A stretch of DNA of 64,000 nucleotides, taken from a phage. The stretch lies in sequence record PZ091942.1; one strand, 5' to 3'. Every line of letters begins with the position of its first letter. The first letter of the stretch is position 1. Below are positions 52,680-63,187 of this stretch, in pieces. The translations under genes and the position numbers were made by a program. The notes below the pieces were generated by a model. The model saw only the letters and a program-made list of their open reading frames with translations. It ran no database searches and was not told the DNA's origin.

Positions 52680-52941
52680 AGAGAAGGAAGTCTTTGAATC
52701 TATGAACAAGGAAAATACAAATGATCAAGTATCTACGACACAAACTCTTCGCTTTAGCTATCGTAATTGGAGAGGCGAAGTTGCAGACCGCTCCGTTATT
52801 CCTTTACGAACCTCAGTTGCTTCTTCCCGTTATCATAATGGGGGCAAACCTTGTTGGATAATGACCGCTTGGGACAATGACAAGAATGACATTCGAGAGT
52901 TTAAGCTCTCTGATATTATTAAGTATTATGATTTAATCTAG
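52639..52941 (+). CDS. hypothetical protein
   Basis: Internal ATG of track ORF 52582..52941 with AAGGAAG SD. Confidence 0.45.
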   Translation: MMQDANLKNLETPEEKEVFESMNKENTNDQVSTTQTLRFSYRNWRGEVADRSVIPLRTSVASSRYHNGGKPCWIMTAWDNDKNDIREFKLSDIIKYYDLI

Positions 52942-53127
52942 GAGGTCTTATGATTGACTTCGAAGAAGAAAATTGGGATGTATGATGAATTCGATGGATT
53001 CTAATAGCCTTGGGTTTTCTCTTTGTTCTAATGGTTTCTATTAAGAGCAAGGACACACCCCTACTGTATAGTAGATATGGCAAGAGAAGTGATAAAGGTT
53101 TGATATCAAAATGTCGAATCTATATCT

Positions 53128-53177
53128 AGAAATAAAGAAGCCCCCTTCCTTTTTACAGGTTGGGGGCTTTTCTTGTT
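53128..53177. terminator. bidirectional terminator at convergence of plus and minus blocks
   Basis: AAGCCCCC...GGGGGCTT inverted repeat flanked by A-rich tract upstream and TTTTCTTGTTT downstream. Confidence 0.6.
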
Positions 53178-56100
53178 TACTCCTTAGCTCGAACTCTAAC
53201 ACGGAGTTTAGCTTGACGCTTACCTCTCTCCAACTTGTCAGACAGAGAACCACGTTTGACTTTCAACTCTCCCTCGTCATTATACTTCTCCAAGAACTGT
53301 AAATACTCTTGTCGAGTAGTTGTCTTGTAAGAAGGAATCTTAACATCAGGATTCTCTTCAATCACACGTCTAATCTTCGCTACATCATCTCGCCCTAAAA
53401 GTTTCCCTTTAGCTTGTTCAGCAGTAGAACCAAAGATTTTCTCCAGTGCTCTAGATTTGTTACCACCCGCTGAAGCAGCACCAAGTTTCGCAATAGCAGA
53501 GTAATCGTCAGCACTAAACCAAGCCACTGGATTATCTCCATATTGTTTCTTGTTCTCCGCAGCAGTTTGTAAAGCACGCACAAAGCGACGGTTATTACCA
53601 GCTTTGTCAGCACCATGAACCCTATCTAGAACCTCCGCTACACTAGCCAGCTCCTGCAAGTCTTTCCCTTCGATAAAAGCTTTCTCTGCTTTGTTAGCAA
53701 AGTCATCTTCCTGCTTCTTAATACTTTCCAGTATATCAGAGGAGGCTTGAGATCTTTCATCTTCCGGCAACGCCGAACGAACTTTCTCCATTTCCAACTC
53801 TTCATCCTGAAGTTTCTTCAACCCAGAATCTACCTTCTTCGCATCTTCGATAGCTTTCGAAGTGTCTGCATCCACCTCTACCTTTCCATCCATATCACCA
53901 GTTGCCTTAGCAATATCTTTCTCGATTGGTGTCATCTTCTCAAAATCCTTAGCAAACTTAGAGATATCAGATTCAATACGAGAGCGAGCATTCTGGTGCT
54001 CAGTAGGAGTCATGGGTTTCTCCAGAAGAGAGTAACGGTTATCCATATAAGAACCTGCAAAGATTTCTGCATCTTCCTTAGGAATGCCCTTATCCTCCAT
54101 AGAACGCATCAGGCGCTTGTGAATGTCATCACGTTGACGTTGTACTGCCATACGATCATTCTCTGCTTCCTGAGCTTCCTTGAGCTTCTTATCACGCTGT
54201 ACACGAGAGTCAATGTCGAATTTACGGTTCATCTCTTCCGCTTGCTCATACATCTTATTCCACTTAGCTTCACGAGCATCTTCTTCCGCTTCAGTGAGTC
54301 GACGTTTACGGTCGATGTAATCACTCTCTGCGTTGTGGATACGTTCAATGATACTACGGAAACGCTCTGGTGGTACAGGAGAGTTCTTCTCATGGTGAGC
54401 TGCTAACTGTTTCAGCGTACGACCTTCCTGAGCTTCACGTACTGACTCTGGCAGATCTTTCATCAGTTTCTCCATCTCCGATTTCTGAGCCGCTATAGCT
54501 TCGAGAGACTGCCTTTCTGTCTCTACCGCTGCCTTGGCATCACTACGAGCCTTAGCCCTGTTACGGAGCGTATCAAGACGTTCCTGACGTGCTTGCAGGT
54601 GTTTAGCTGCTGCTTCGTACTGAGAGTTCTTATTAGCTTTGTTGAACATGTTAACTTCACGGTTATAGGTGTTGATAAAGCCATCCCATATATCCTTCAT
54701 CTGTCCCACTTCCAAAGCATCTTCCCTTCCAGCCCTCTCTGAAGCTTTAAACTTCCCATCTACAAAATCTTCCATCATCTTACGCATAGCATCTTTCTGA
54801 GCTGGACGTAATGGCTCTGCATCAAGAAGTGTATTGATTTCACTGTGTAACTCTTTCTTCTGGTCAACCAGTTTAGGGGCATCAGCTTTGTCAATCTTCT
54901 TATTCTCTGCAAGAGCTTCCTCATACAGCTTGTTAAATTCATCATCACGTTGTTTCTGATACAGACGTTCAGACCTACGCTTCAGTGAATCCAAACTAGT
55001 CACGTTCCCACCAATACCTTTCTCCTCAGCACGTAATGCCTTGGTAGCAATATCAGAAGGCAGACCACGTTCCTTAACCCAATCAGCAAACGAAGAACGA
55101 ACACGTTGTGACTTAGCAGCAGCAATACCCTGTTGAGAAGCAAGCTGGTTACGAGCCATCTCAGCATGACGTTCAGAGTTGTTCGCTTGGTCTTCCTGAC
55201 GAATACGACGCATCAACTCTTTCGGGTCACCTTTATAAGAAAGGAAGTTCTCAGCTGTAGCTTTAGCCTTCGCACTTGCCGTATACAGAGAACGAGCAAA
55301 GCGATCTGCACGGTCTTTAGTAGCTTGACGAGCAGCACTTGACATAGCAGCCAGACGTTCGATTCCAGTAGCCGGTTTAACAGGCTCAGCCTCAACCTCA
55401 GGAGCTTTAGGAGCACGGGTAGGCAATGGCTCTGCTTGAACAGTTGGCTCCTCAGGGGCGCTCTCAGCAGCCTTGCTGGCCTCTTCTGCTTCTTGACGTT
55501 TACGAGCTTCTGAAACAGCACGACGTTGAGCAACTAAATCTCTCGCTGTAGTAACTGGTTCTTGTGGCTCTGGCTCGGGAGTTGGCTCTTCCTGAATCTT
55601 ACTAGCTTCGGCTTCCTGACGTCTAGCTTGAGCTTCCTTCAAAGCACGTCTTTGTGCGACCAAATCACGAGCAGTTAAAGGAGAGGTTTGAGGAGAGGAA
55701 ATTTCTTCCGTCACAGTAGTAGCAGAAGGCTCCCGAACCGGTTCGATTTCCGGGTCATTTTGAGTTCTAAATTTAATGTCATCAACTTCAGGTTCTTTCT
55801 CCATCGCAGCACGAGCTTCATCAGCCTGAGCACGAGCACGAGTTACTTCCATATCACTACGAGCAAGAGAACGAATAGCTTCGCTGTTAGCCGCCTGTTG
55901 ACCTTCACGTTGAGAGCGAGCACGGTCAGAACGGAAACGGTTGAGAACATGTTTAGCAGCACCAAGTGGATTCTTAATCAGAACCGGAGGAGCAGCTTCT
56001 TTGAAACCGTCAGCAGTTAGAGAGGTCCAACCACGGTCTTGGTTACTCATTAACTTAGCTGTGTTATTCAGAGTGAAAGCATCTTGGATTGGGTTGAAAC

Positions 56101-57595
56101 CTTCAGGCATACCTTTGAGTTTCTTCAAACCACCAATAGCAGTTTTCATCTCTGGAGATACATTATCAGAAAGCTTCTGTAGTTCAGTAGCTTTCTCAAT
56201 GAAGTTATTGAAGTCTTCACCATCACGAGCTTTGAATCGGTTAGCTTCATTATAGAAAGTTTTGTAAGCATCAATGAAGTCACGGTCAGCTTGAGTACGG
56301 TTCTTAATATCCATAGCACTACCGGTAAAGTCACCACTAGCACGAGCAGATGTTAATTCACGGTCAAGATTATCTAGTACGTCAGATAGAGACTTAGTGT
56401 TGTCTTTCGTATAGTCAGCCATTGCATCTTTCATTGCTACAGCTTGTTTCTGGTTATGTTCGTTATCAGCGTTCGCTTTACCTTGACGCTTATTAGGAGC
56501 AGCAAGAGGATTCAAACCCGGAACATTAGAACGATCTTCCAGAATAGTAGCAGCCTTCTCAGCACGACCTTGGTCAGTGTTCAGGATACGCTGAGCAGCA
56601 GGAGAATCCATAGCCACAGCATCAGTAACACGGAAACCATTCTCGTCCAGAAGGTTAAGGGCAGAAGCAGTGTTAGCATTGTCAGCTTTAGAATACGCTT
56701 CACGTAATTCATCAGCATTAGTAGCACTACGTATCGCTTCATCTTCAGCAGCAATATCTGTCTTCACATGATCAGGAGTACGGTCAAAGACTTGAGGACT
56801 AGGACGACTTATCAATCCATGAACCCCACCGATAGCCCCACCGTAAGCAGCACCCATCGCACCTTCTTCTACAGCACCTTCAATAATATTAGCAAGAGTA
56901 GTGTCATCACTATATTTGTTCTGTGCTTCAGCAGCACCTACAAGAGCACCACCTTTAGCACCAGCCACTGCGTTAGATGCTACACTCTGACCAACACGAC
57001 CTAGAGTAGTAGAAGCAGTGCCTGTCATCCCCGGAAGAATCTTCTGAGCTGCAAAGTTAGCACCACCAACTAAACCAGCATCAAGAACAGACTTCTCTTC
57101 ACCCTCTTCTGGAGTTTGGTCTGCATAAGCTCTACCTGTCTCACGAGCTGCAATAACAGCAGCAGCTACAGCAGGGTTAGCAACTGTCAAACCGATATCA
57201 GCAGCGACACCAGCATACTGACCAGCTGACTTCCCAATCCCATCTTCAATCTTAGAGAGACGTTCTTCTAATAAATTCTTAGAGTTCTCTTGAATACGCT
57301 TACCATAGCTTGTCTGTGAACTAGTTAGATTCTCTCCAATCTCAACTAATCCACCAATACCTCTAGCAGCACTAGCTGCAATATTAGCACCACCTGATTG
57401 AATAGCATTGGACACACCTTGAGCAAAGTCACCAATTAATCCCGGTTGTTCTTCTTGTTTCAGAGCTGGAGCCGCCTCAGGAATTGTTCCACCTGCTGCT
57501 TTATATTGTTCTCGCATCTGAGACTGTTGCTCAGGGGAGGCATTCAAATACGCAGGGCTTTTAGAAGCTTCTTCCCACGGTTTTAAGTTAGCCAT
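53177..57595 (-). CDS. large virion protein (internal core/ejection protein-like, 1472 aa)
   Basis: ORF track; AAGGAG SD; Gly/Ala-rich N-terminus, long coiled-coil regions, internal tandem repeat. Confidence 0.6.
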   Translation of the reverse strand: MANLKPWEEASKSPAYLNASPEQQSQMREQYKAAGGTIPEAAPALKQEEQPGLIGDFAQGVSNAIQSGGANIAASAARGIGGLVEIGENLTSSQTSYGKRIQENSKNLLEERLSKIEDGIGKSAGQYAGVAADIGLTVANPAVAAAVIAARETGRAYADQTPEEGEEKSVLDAGLVGGANFAAQKILPGMTGTASTTLGRVGQSVASNAVAGAKGGALVGAAEAQNKYSDDTTLANIIEGAVEEGAMGAAYGGAIGGVHGLISRPSPQVFDRTPDHVKTDIAAEDEAIRSATNADELREAYSKADNANTASALNLLDENGFRVTDAVAMDSPAAQRILNTDQGRAEKAATILEDRSNVPGLNPLAAPNKRQGKANADNEHNQKQAVAMKDAMADYTKDNTKSLSDVLDNLDRELTSARASGDFTGSAMDIKNRTQADRDFIDAYKTFYNEANRFKARDGEDFNNFIEKATELQKLSDNVSPEMKTAIGGLKKLKGMPEGFNPIQDAFTLNNTAKLMSNQDRGWTSLTADGFKEAAPPVLIKNPLGAAKHVLNRFRSDRARSQREGQQAANSEAIRSLARSDMEVTRARAQADEARAAMEKEPEVDDIKFRTQNDPEIEPVREPSATTVTEEISSPQTSPLTARDLVAQRRALKEAQARRQEAEASKIQEEPTPEPEPQEPVTTARDLVAQRRAVSEARKRQEAEEASKAAESAPEEPTVQAEPLPTRAPKAPEVEAEPVKPATGIERLAAMSSAARQATKDRADRFARSLYTASAKAKATAENFLSYKGDPKELMRRIRQEDQANNSERHAEMARNQLASQQGIAAAKSQRVRSSFADWVKERGLPSDIATKALRAEEKGIGGNVTSLDSLKRRSERLYQKQRDDEFNKLYEEALAENKKIDKADAPKLVDQKKELHSEINTLLDAEPLRPAQKDAMRKMMEDFVDGKFKASERAGREDALEVGQMKDIWDGFINTYNREVNMFNKANKNSQYEAAAKHLQARQERLDTLRNRAKARSDAKAAVETERQSLEAIAAQKSEMEKLMKDLPESVREAQEGRTLKQLAAHHEKNSPVPPERFRSIIERIHNAESDYIDRKRRLTEAEEDAREAKWNKMYEQAEEMNRKFDIDSRVQRDKKLKEAQEAENDRMAVQRQRDDIHKRLMRSMEDKGIPKEDAEIFAGSYMDNRYSLLEKPMTPTEHQNARSRIESDISKFAKDFEKMTPIEKDIAKATGDMDGKVEVDADTSKAIEDAKKVDSGLKKLQDEELEMEKVRSALPEDERSQASSDILESIKKQEDDFANKAEKAFIEGKDLQELASVAEVLDRVHGADKAGNNRRFVRALQTAAENKKQYGDNPVAWFSADDYSAIAKLGAASAGGNKSRALEKIFGSTAEQAKGKLLGRDDVAKIRRVIEENPDVKIPSYKTTTRQEYLQFLEKYNDEGELKVKRGSLSDKLERGKRQAKLRVRVRAKE

Positions 57596-57628
57596 AATTT
57601 CTCCTTATAAATAAAAATGTCCTACCTC

Positions 57629-57640
57629 CTATATACATTA
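57629..57640 (-). promoter_or_regulatory. TAATGTATATAG motif (candidate phage-sigma late promoter)
   Basis: Minus-strand 12-mer 33 nt upstream of ATG 57595; identical to 48420-48431. Confidence 0.55.
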
Positions 57641-57660
57641 TAAGAGATAGGACTTAGGTC

Positions 57661-59292
57661 TTACTGAATCATCCAATCAACATTAGAAGACAGAGCACCA
57701 TTAAGTTTGGGATTAGTTGCTGCACCACCAACAGCTTCATCAGCTTCTGCATCAAAAGTCTTGTATGGGTCATAGAAACCACCAGAAGGGATACCACGGT
57801 TAACCACAGCAGTTGCACGCTTCTTATCCATGCCAGAACCAATATAAGCATCAATTGTAGCTTTCTTAGATTCCAGAACACCCTTATCAGCGGAAGAAGC
57901 ACCAACTGTTGCCTGCTTACGAGCATAAGACAGAGCTGCATCAGAAGGACGATAACCAGCTTTGAGAGACCAAGTGTTACCAGTCTTAACAAAGATTGAC
58001 GGGTCTTCTGCAAAGTGGGATAAGTCATCTGCTTGCAGAGAGCGGTTAGCACCAATTTCAGCCCTTGCGGAGTTCATGATAGCCTGCATGTAAGCGGTAC
58101 GAGCAGATTGATAATCACCATCTTTAATGGCTTTGTCTGCCAAATCCAAGTCTTTGTGAGACTGTTTAAACAGAGCTGCTTTTTCTGCCCACTGTTTAGC
58201 AACAGAGCCTTCAGCAGTATTCTGAACGTTACGAAGCTCTTTCGTACTGAAGTTGAAGCTCTGAGCAGCTTGTTCTGCACGGTCTGCTTTAACCTGATCA
58301 CGATAGCCAATAAGCTCTTTCTGTTTAGCAAACTGTGCATCGGCACGTTCTTCAGCAGCACGACGAGTTTCAGCAGCACGTTCACGAACCGACTGGTCTT
58401 GAATCTGTTGACGTCTATCCCACTCTCGATTAGCACGAGCTTCATCCTGAGCAGCAAGAGCCATCTTCTCCTGAGGACTAATCTGACGCATCTTCAACAT
58501 CGAAGGATCACCAGAAGCTATAGCAGCAGCTACAGAATCTTGAGAGTAACCTTGTTCAATCAGGTTATCACGGTTCAACTCCAACTGTTGTTTAGCTTCA
58601 TCCTGAGATGCCATACCAGAACCAATCTGGAATGCTTCAATCGGAGACTTACCAGACATAATAGAAAGACCTACACCCATCAAACCAGTATAGAAACTAG
58701 AGTTCTGATAGAAAGGTTGTTTCTGCATAGTCTTCCAAGCTTCTGCTGGATTCTTAGATTGAGCAACTTTAAGAATATCTTGGTTAACTCTTTCTTGGTC
58801 AGCAGCACGAGTAGCACCACCCATACCTTCACCTTGAGGAACTCCAGAAGCGATAGTGTTCATTACACCTTGTGCCTGCTGTACTTGTTCAGGGGCAAAC
58901 TCTTTATCTGACTCTTCAATCGGTTTAGCAGGAGCAGTAACCGGAAGAGGACTAGAAGCAGGAGCTGCATCAGGAGGAATCATAGAACCTTCATCACCCG
59001 GATTAATACCAGCATCAACACCAGCCAAACTAGCAGGAGCAGTGACACCTTGTTGTTCATACAGACGTTGCTTGAATCCTGGATTAACCATAGCTTGCTG
59101 GTCAGCCTGAGCTTGTTGTACTTGTTCTTCTAAACTAGCCGGTACAGCAGGACGCTGATACATAGAAAGGTCAGCAGCTGGGCCAGCAGGTCTAGACATG
59201 TAAGGAGAGGCCGTAACCCCTCTCTGACGATCACCATAAATCTGATTTCGCGGGTCTTGACTACGAAGATACGCGTAAGATGTTTGTTGCAT
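57661..59292 (-). CDS. virion protein (543 aa)
   Basis: ORF track; AGGAGA SD; Pro/Gln/Ala-rich. Confidence 0.55.
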   Translation of the reverse strand: MQQTSYAYLRSQDPRNQIYGDRQRGVTASPYMSRPAGPAADLSMYQRPAVPASLEEQVQQAQADQQAMVNPGFKQRLYEQQGVTAPASLAGVDAGINPGDEGSMIPPDAAPASSPLPVTAPAKPIEESDKEFAPEQVQQAQGVMNTIASGVPQGEGMGGATRAADQERVNQDILKVAQSKNPAEAWKTMQKQPFYQNSSFYTGLMGVGLSIMSGKSPIEAFQIGSGMASQDEAKQQLELNRDNLIEQGYSQDSVAAAIASGDPSMLKMRQISPQEKMALAAQDEARANREWDRRQQIQDQSVRERAAETRRAAEERADAQFAKQKELIGYRDQVKADRAEQAAQSFNFSTKELRNVQNTAEGSVAKQWAEKAALFKQSHKDLDLADKAIKDGDYQSARTAYMQAIMNSARAEIGANRSLQADDLSHFAEDPSIFVKTGNTWSLKAGYRPSDAALSYARKQATVGASSADKGVLESKKATIDAYIGSGMDKKRATAVVNRGIPSGGFYDPYKTFDAEADEAVGGAATNPKLNGALSSNVDWMIQ

Positions 59293-59306
59293 AATTAATC
59301 TCCTAA

Positions 59307-60275
59307 TTAAGAACTAGCCAACCCACCGATAACCCCACCTGCTAACGCACCCCAAGGTCCGAAGGAAGAGCCTGCTGCTGCGCCACTCATAGCACCACCT
59401 AAGAAACCACTCCCACCACCTGAAACTTTATTAGTAGTCGTTGTTCCTAGAGCACCATTAAGTACACCTGCTGCACCGAGTTGGTTGTTGATATCTTGCC
59501 AGCCCCAATTGGCTGCGTTCTGAGCATTGGTATAAGCATTGTCCAAATCAGACTGTTGCTGTTGTTGCTGTTGCAAACCAGCTGCCCATTGATTCTGCAT
59601 CTGCTGTTGAGAAAGTTGACCTGCCTGAGTACCAAGGTTAGACATAGTGTTACCGATACCAGAGAGACCACTTAGAGCAGAAGCCTGAGATTGTCTATTA
59701 CCAGACAGGATACTCTGAGCCTGATTAACAGCAGAGTCATAAGCACTGTTAGTAATGTTGGTTGCTGTATTCTGCATCTGATTCAGAGCATCACCCTGAG
59801 CAAAAGATTTAGCCATACGTGCACCTGAACCTTGCTGACCAGCATATTGCTGAGCCAATTGAGGAAGAGCATTACGAGCCAAGTCTTGCTGAGTTTGTTC
59901 ATTGTTTGCTGTAATAGCAGCCTGAACAGCATCGTCATCATAGAGCTGACCAGCCAGAGCACCAATCTGTTCTCCAGTGATTTGACCAGAGTTAGCCAAG
60001 TTATTATAACCAGCATTAGCTTGGTTGAGATAACCTAAACCAGATTGAGCAGCATCCATATACTGAGAAGAGAGAGCACCTAGTGCCCCTGATTGAGAAA
60101 GGTTATTCAGAGCCTCAGTTTGGTTCTGATTAAAACCTACATTGTCTTTATAAACATAATCGCCTGAACTTGTGTTATTCACCTGATTGACTAGTTGGTC
60201 AATATAATTTTGAATATATTCAGGTCTTGTCATTTTGGAAGTAGACGTGCTACCCCCTCCACCAAATAAACCCAT
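59307..60275 (-). CDS. Q/N/G-rich virion protein, paralog 1
   Basis: ORF track; AAGGAGG SD; low-complexity Q/N/G/A-rich, Gly-rich hydrophobic C-terminus. Confidence 0.55.
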   Translation of the reverse strand: MGLFGGGGSTSTSKMTRPEYIQNYIDQLVNQVNNTSSGDYVYKDNVGFNQNQTEALNNLSQSGALGALSSQYMDAAQSGLGYLNQANAGYNNLANSGQITGEQIGALAGQLYDDDAVQAAITANNEQTQQDLARNALPQLAQQYAGQQGSGARMAKSFAQGDALNQMQNTATNITNSAYDSAVNQAQSILSGNRQSQASALSGLSGIGNTMSNLGTQAGQLSQQQMQNQWAAGLQQQQQQQSDLDNAYTNAQNAANWGWQDINNQLGAAGVLNGALGTTTTNKVSGGGSGFLGGAMSGAAAGSSFGPWGALAGGVIGGLASS

Positions 60276-60284
60276 AACTCCTCC

Positions 60285-61334
60285 TTAGTTCGCCCCGAAG
60301 GCTCCGAGAACACCACCTAAAATATTACTCCCAGCTGTAGACAACCAGTTACTCTGACCAGAAGAGTTGGAAAGGTTAGACCCACCAATCATAGGACCAG
60401 CCATACCAGATTGACCACCAGAAGCATTGTAGGAGTTCCAAGCATTCGTAGTTTGTTGACTAGGAGTGAATGCACCTAACCGACCTGCAATACCTAGACC
60501 AGTGACACCAGCTCCAAGAAGCTGTTGAGTTGTATTAGGAGCGGCTCCTTTGTTAGTAATTGTGTAACCAGCCATAGGACTTACTGAGTTTAATACATTC
60601 AGTTGGTTGTTGAGTTGATTCCACCCATATTGTTGACTACCAATAGCGTTCTGCCAATTAAGGTCAGCTTGTGCTTGATCTTGCTGTTGCTGTAGATTGC
60701 CAGCAGTAAGTTGGTTCTGAATAGCCTGTTGAGCAGCTTGTGTACCTTGAGCACCAAGATTCAAATTCTGTCCAGCTAATCCAGTCTGAGCATTAAGCAA
60801 CCCTTGTTGGAAAGAGTTATTAGACTGGAGCGCATTAACACCCAAGTTCTTGCCAGAGATGCTACGAGACAGATTAGTATTAGCAGAGTTCAAAGCAGCA
60901 CCTTGAGCAGAAGCACGACGGAGAGAACCTGAGTCAGAGCCATTACCGAGAGATACATTAGAAGCTGCTTTACCAGTTGACTGAGCAAGAGCTGAGTTAT
61001 TAAGTCCAGAACTGAAGTTATTAACATCGTCAGCACTGATAGAGTTATTACCTAGGGCAGAGTATTTCTGAGCTAGAGTATTCATCTGATCTAAACCTTG
61101 CTGTGTACGAGGAGTGTACATACCACTCAACTGATTCAAGGTAGAAGAGTTAGCTAGGTTAGAAAGAGCAGCTTGTTGGTTAGGATTGAGACCAGCCAGT
61201 TGCTGAGAGATGAAACCAGCATCATTGCTATTCATATTCTGAGCATTAGCTACAATCTGTTTTAACAGAGCATCAACCTGAGAAGATGGAGCCACTGTAG
61301 TTTTAGTCTTAGAAGCAGACCCGAATAAAGACAT
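60285..61334 (-). CDS. Q/N/G-rich virion protein, paralog 2
   Basis: ORF track; AAGGAGG SD; same composition and MxLFG N-terminus as 59307..60275. Confidence 0.55.
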   Translation of the reverse strand: MSLFGSASKTKTTVAPSSQVDALLKQIVANAQNMNSNDAGFISQQLAGLNPNQQAALSNLANSSTLNQLSGMYTPRTQQGLDQMNTLAQKYSALGNNSISADDVNNFSSGLNNSALAQSTGKAASNVSLGNGSDSGSLRRASAQGAALNSANTNLSRSISGKNLGVNALQSNNSFQQGLLNAQTGLAGQNLNLGAQGTQAAQQAIQNQLTAGNLQQQQDQAQADLNWQNAIGSQQYGWNQLNNQLNVLNSVSPMAGYTITNKGAAPNTTQQLLGAGVTGLGIAGRLGAFTPSQQTTNAWNSYNASGGQSGMAGPMIGGSNLSNSSGQSNWLSTAGSNILGGVLGAFGAN

Positions 61335-61346
61335 ACGTCCTCCTTA

Positions 61347-62141
61347 TTATTTAGTAACACCAACACTTGCCAGACGTCTAAGAACGGCTTGTGTCTGTGG
61401 GCTGTATTGAGAACCTGCTTGAGTTGGTGCATGTGCTCTTTGAACTGTTTGAGACTTAGGAGCCTTGCCTGCTAACATTGCAGCAGCAGCTAGTGCAGCA
61501 TTACCAAAGTTCTGTTGTGGCTTCTGGTCTTCCCCAGCTTCTTCTACATCATCAGAATAGAACTCAGTAGGAGAACCACCAAGAGCACCTGTTTTAGCAG
61601 CAGCAATCTCAGCTTGAGTAGGAGCATTAGCAGCACCTTCCCTAGTAACCAATTCAGGAGAGAACTGATTCACTGGCTGTACTGACTGTAAAGCACCTAT
61701 TGGGTTAGCAACCTGACCAGCAGCATCGTTAGCTGTATAGAAAGGAAGGAAGTTCTTATTGTTCATAGAGTCCAAAGCCTGAGGTGTGAATCCTTTCTTA
61801 CCAGCGAACATTTGTTTTGCTCCACCCGTCCCTTCAGAATATCCCACCATAGCTTTCTTCACATCACCATTAAAAGCTTTCAAGTTATCTCGAATGTACC
61901 TAGCACCCATGTCAATGTTTTTGGCTGGGTCTAAACGATCTTCTAGTTTGTATCCATAGTCTTTAGCCAACCCTTTACTGATTTGCATTAAACCTACTGG
62001 CCCTGTACCTGATGCAACAGAAGGTCTACCACTAGACTCCCTCTGAATGACTGCATGGATAAGAGCAGCAGGAATGCCATACTTCTTAGAAGCTTGCTGG
62101 ACCATAGGGTCAAGCTCAGACACTCCCATGCGAATTGTCAT
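61347..62141 (-). CDS. lytic transglycosylase (SLT-domain) virion protein
   Basis: Internal ATG of track ORF 61347..62183 with AAGGAGG SD; SLT motif IQRESSGRP...GLMQI. Confidence 0.7.
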   Translation of the reverse strand: MTIRMGVSELDPMVQQASKKYGIPAALIHAVIQRESSGRPSVASGTGPVGLMQISKGLAKDYGYKLEDRLDPAKNIDMGARYIRDNLKAFNGDVKKAMVGYSEGTGGAKQMFAGKKGFTPQALDSMNNKNFLPFYTANDAAGQVANPIGALQSVQPVNQFSPELVTREGAANAPTQAEIAAAKTGALGGSPTEFYSDDVEEAGEDQKPQQNFGNAALAAAAMLAGKAPKSQTVQRAHAPTQAGSQYSPQTQAVLRRLASVGVTK

Positions 62142-62154
62142 AAAATCCTCCTTA

Positions 62155-63186
62155 TTATAGACCCGCAAAAACTTTAGCCGCATTTATTACCGGAATTGAT
62201 ATGTTAATGGCAGAGTTAGAACCTAGGTCATAGTTGGTAGACCACTGGAACATATACCTACCATAGCCAGTACCTATAGAAGATCCTGTCATTACATGAG
62301 ATCTCATTTGCTGATAGTACCAACCACTACCACTACCCCGAATAGCACCTACACCAGAGGAGAGTGGTATCATTGGGTATGCCATACCAGTATCACCTCC
62401 AGCAGAACCTACAAAATTATCAACAGTAAAAGGTGTTCTATTAGTAGAGAACACACACTGAGTTGTTCCGGGAGAATAAATATTTAATCCACCATTGTGC
62501 TCAGGAACTCCTGCTCCATTACAGAATACTGCGACCCTAGCAAATACAGAACCGCCTTCGTTAGAGTTTCCGTTATTATAAGATCTGTTCTGATATACAC
62601 GGATCACTCTATCTCCAGATGTATAAGAAAGGCCAACCCCTCCGTCAGACCAGTTAGCAAAGACTACAGCATTAGGCATATAAAACCCACCAATGTCAGG
62701 AATCTGTAAAGCGCCGTTTATAGTCCCTTGCCAAGCCCAAATACACTGACCAACAACACCAGCATCAGAGATAGAGAAGTAATCAGCTGTATTAGAGAAG
62801 GTAATACCATAATTTCTGTCAGCTCTTGGGTAGATTTGGTAAACGTTAAACCCACAATCAAACAGGGGGTTACTTCCGGGATTCTGGTTTAAGTTAACTC
62901 TGAAAGAGGAGTTATTCTCTACATAAATGTTATTAACACAATAAACATCAGGAACCAAGTTAGGAGGAACTTCCCACTGCCAGCACAGAGATCCAGTAGG
63001 GACGATAATTATCTGACCGCTACCATCCCAACCATTAATAGGGAAAGATCTCCCACCCCCATTAAAGTTGAAACTTCCACTAATAGAGTTCTTAATCTGA
63101 GGGAATGTACTCCCACTATCAATAAACAAAGGAGCCGGAGAGGCTGGCCCCGGTCCTACAGGTTGACACCATATTCCATATGCCAT
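62155..63186 (-). CDS. tail protein (beta-rich, putative)
   Basis: ORF track; AGGGAG SD; G/S/N-rich. Confidence 0.5.
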   Translation of the reverse strand: MAYGIWCQPVGPGPASPAPLFIDSGSTFPQIKNSISGSFNFNGGGRSFPINGWDGSGQIIIVPTGSLCWQWEVPPNLVPDVYCVNNIYVENNSSFRVNLNQNPGSNPLFDCGFNVYQIYPRADRNYGITFSNTADYFSISDAGVVGQCIWAWQGTINGALQIPDIGGFYMPNAVVFANWSDGGVGLSYTSGDRVIRVYQNRSYNNGNSNEGGSVFARVAVFCNGAGVPEHNGGLNIYSPGTTQCVFSTNRTPFTVDNFVGSAGGDTGMAYPMIPLSSGVGAIRGSGSGWYYQQMRSHVMTGSSIGTGYGRYMFQWSTNYDLGSNSAINISIPVINAAKVFAGL

Positions 63187-63187
63187 A

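Noticed and set aside
53747-56707. Plus-strand ORFs up to 219 aa (53747..54406, 55688..56020, 55941..56255, 56444..56707)
   Set aside because: Antisense shadows inside the 4.4-kb minus-strand virion gene; low-complexity translations.
57669-58911. 292-aa plus-strand ORF 58033..58911 and minus-strand ORFs 57669..58055 and 58074..58457
   Set aside because: Shadows of the 543-aa minus-strand virion gene 57661..59292; Leu/Ser/Thr-rich low complexity.
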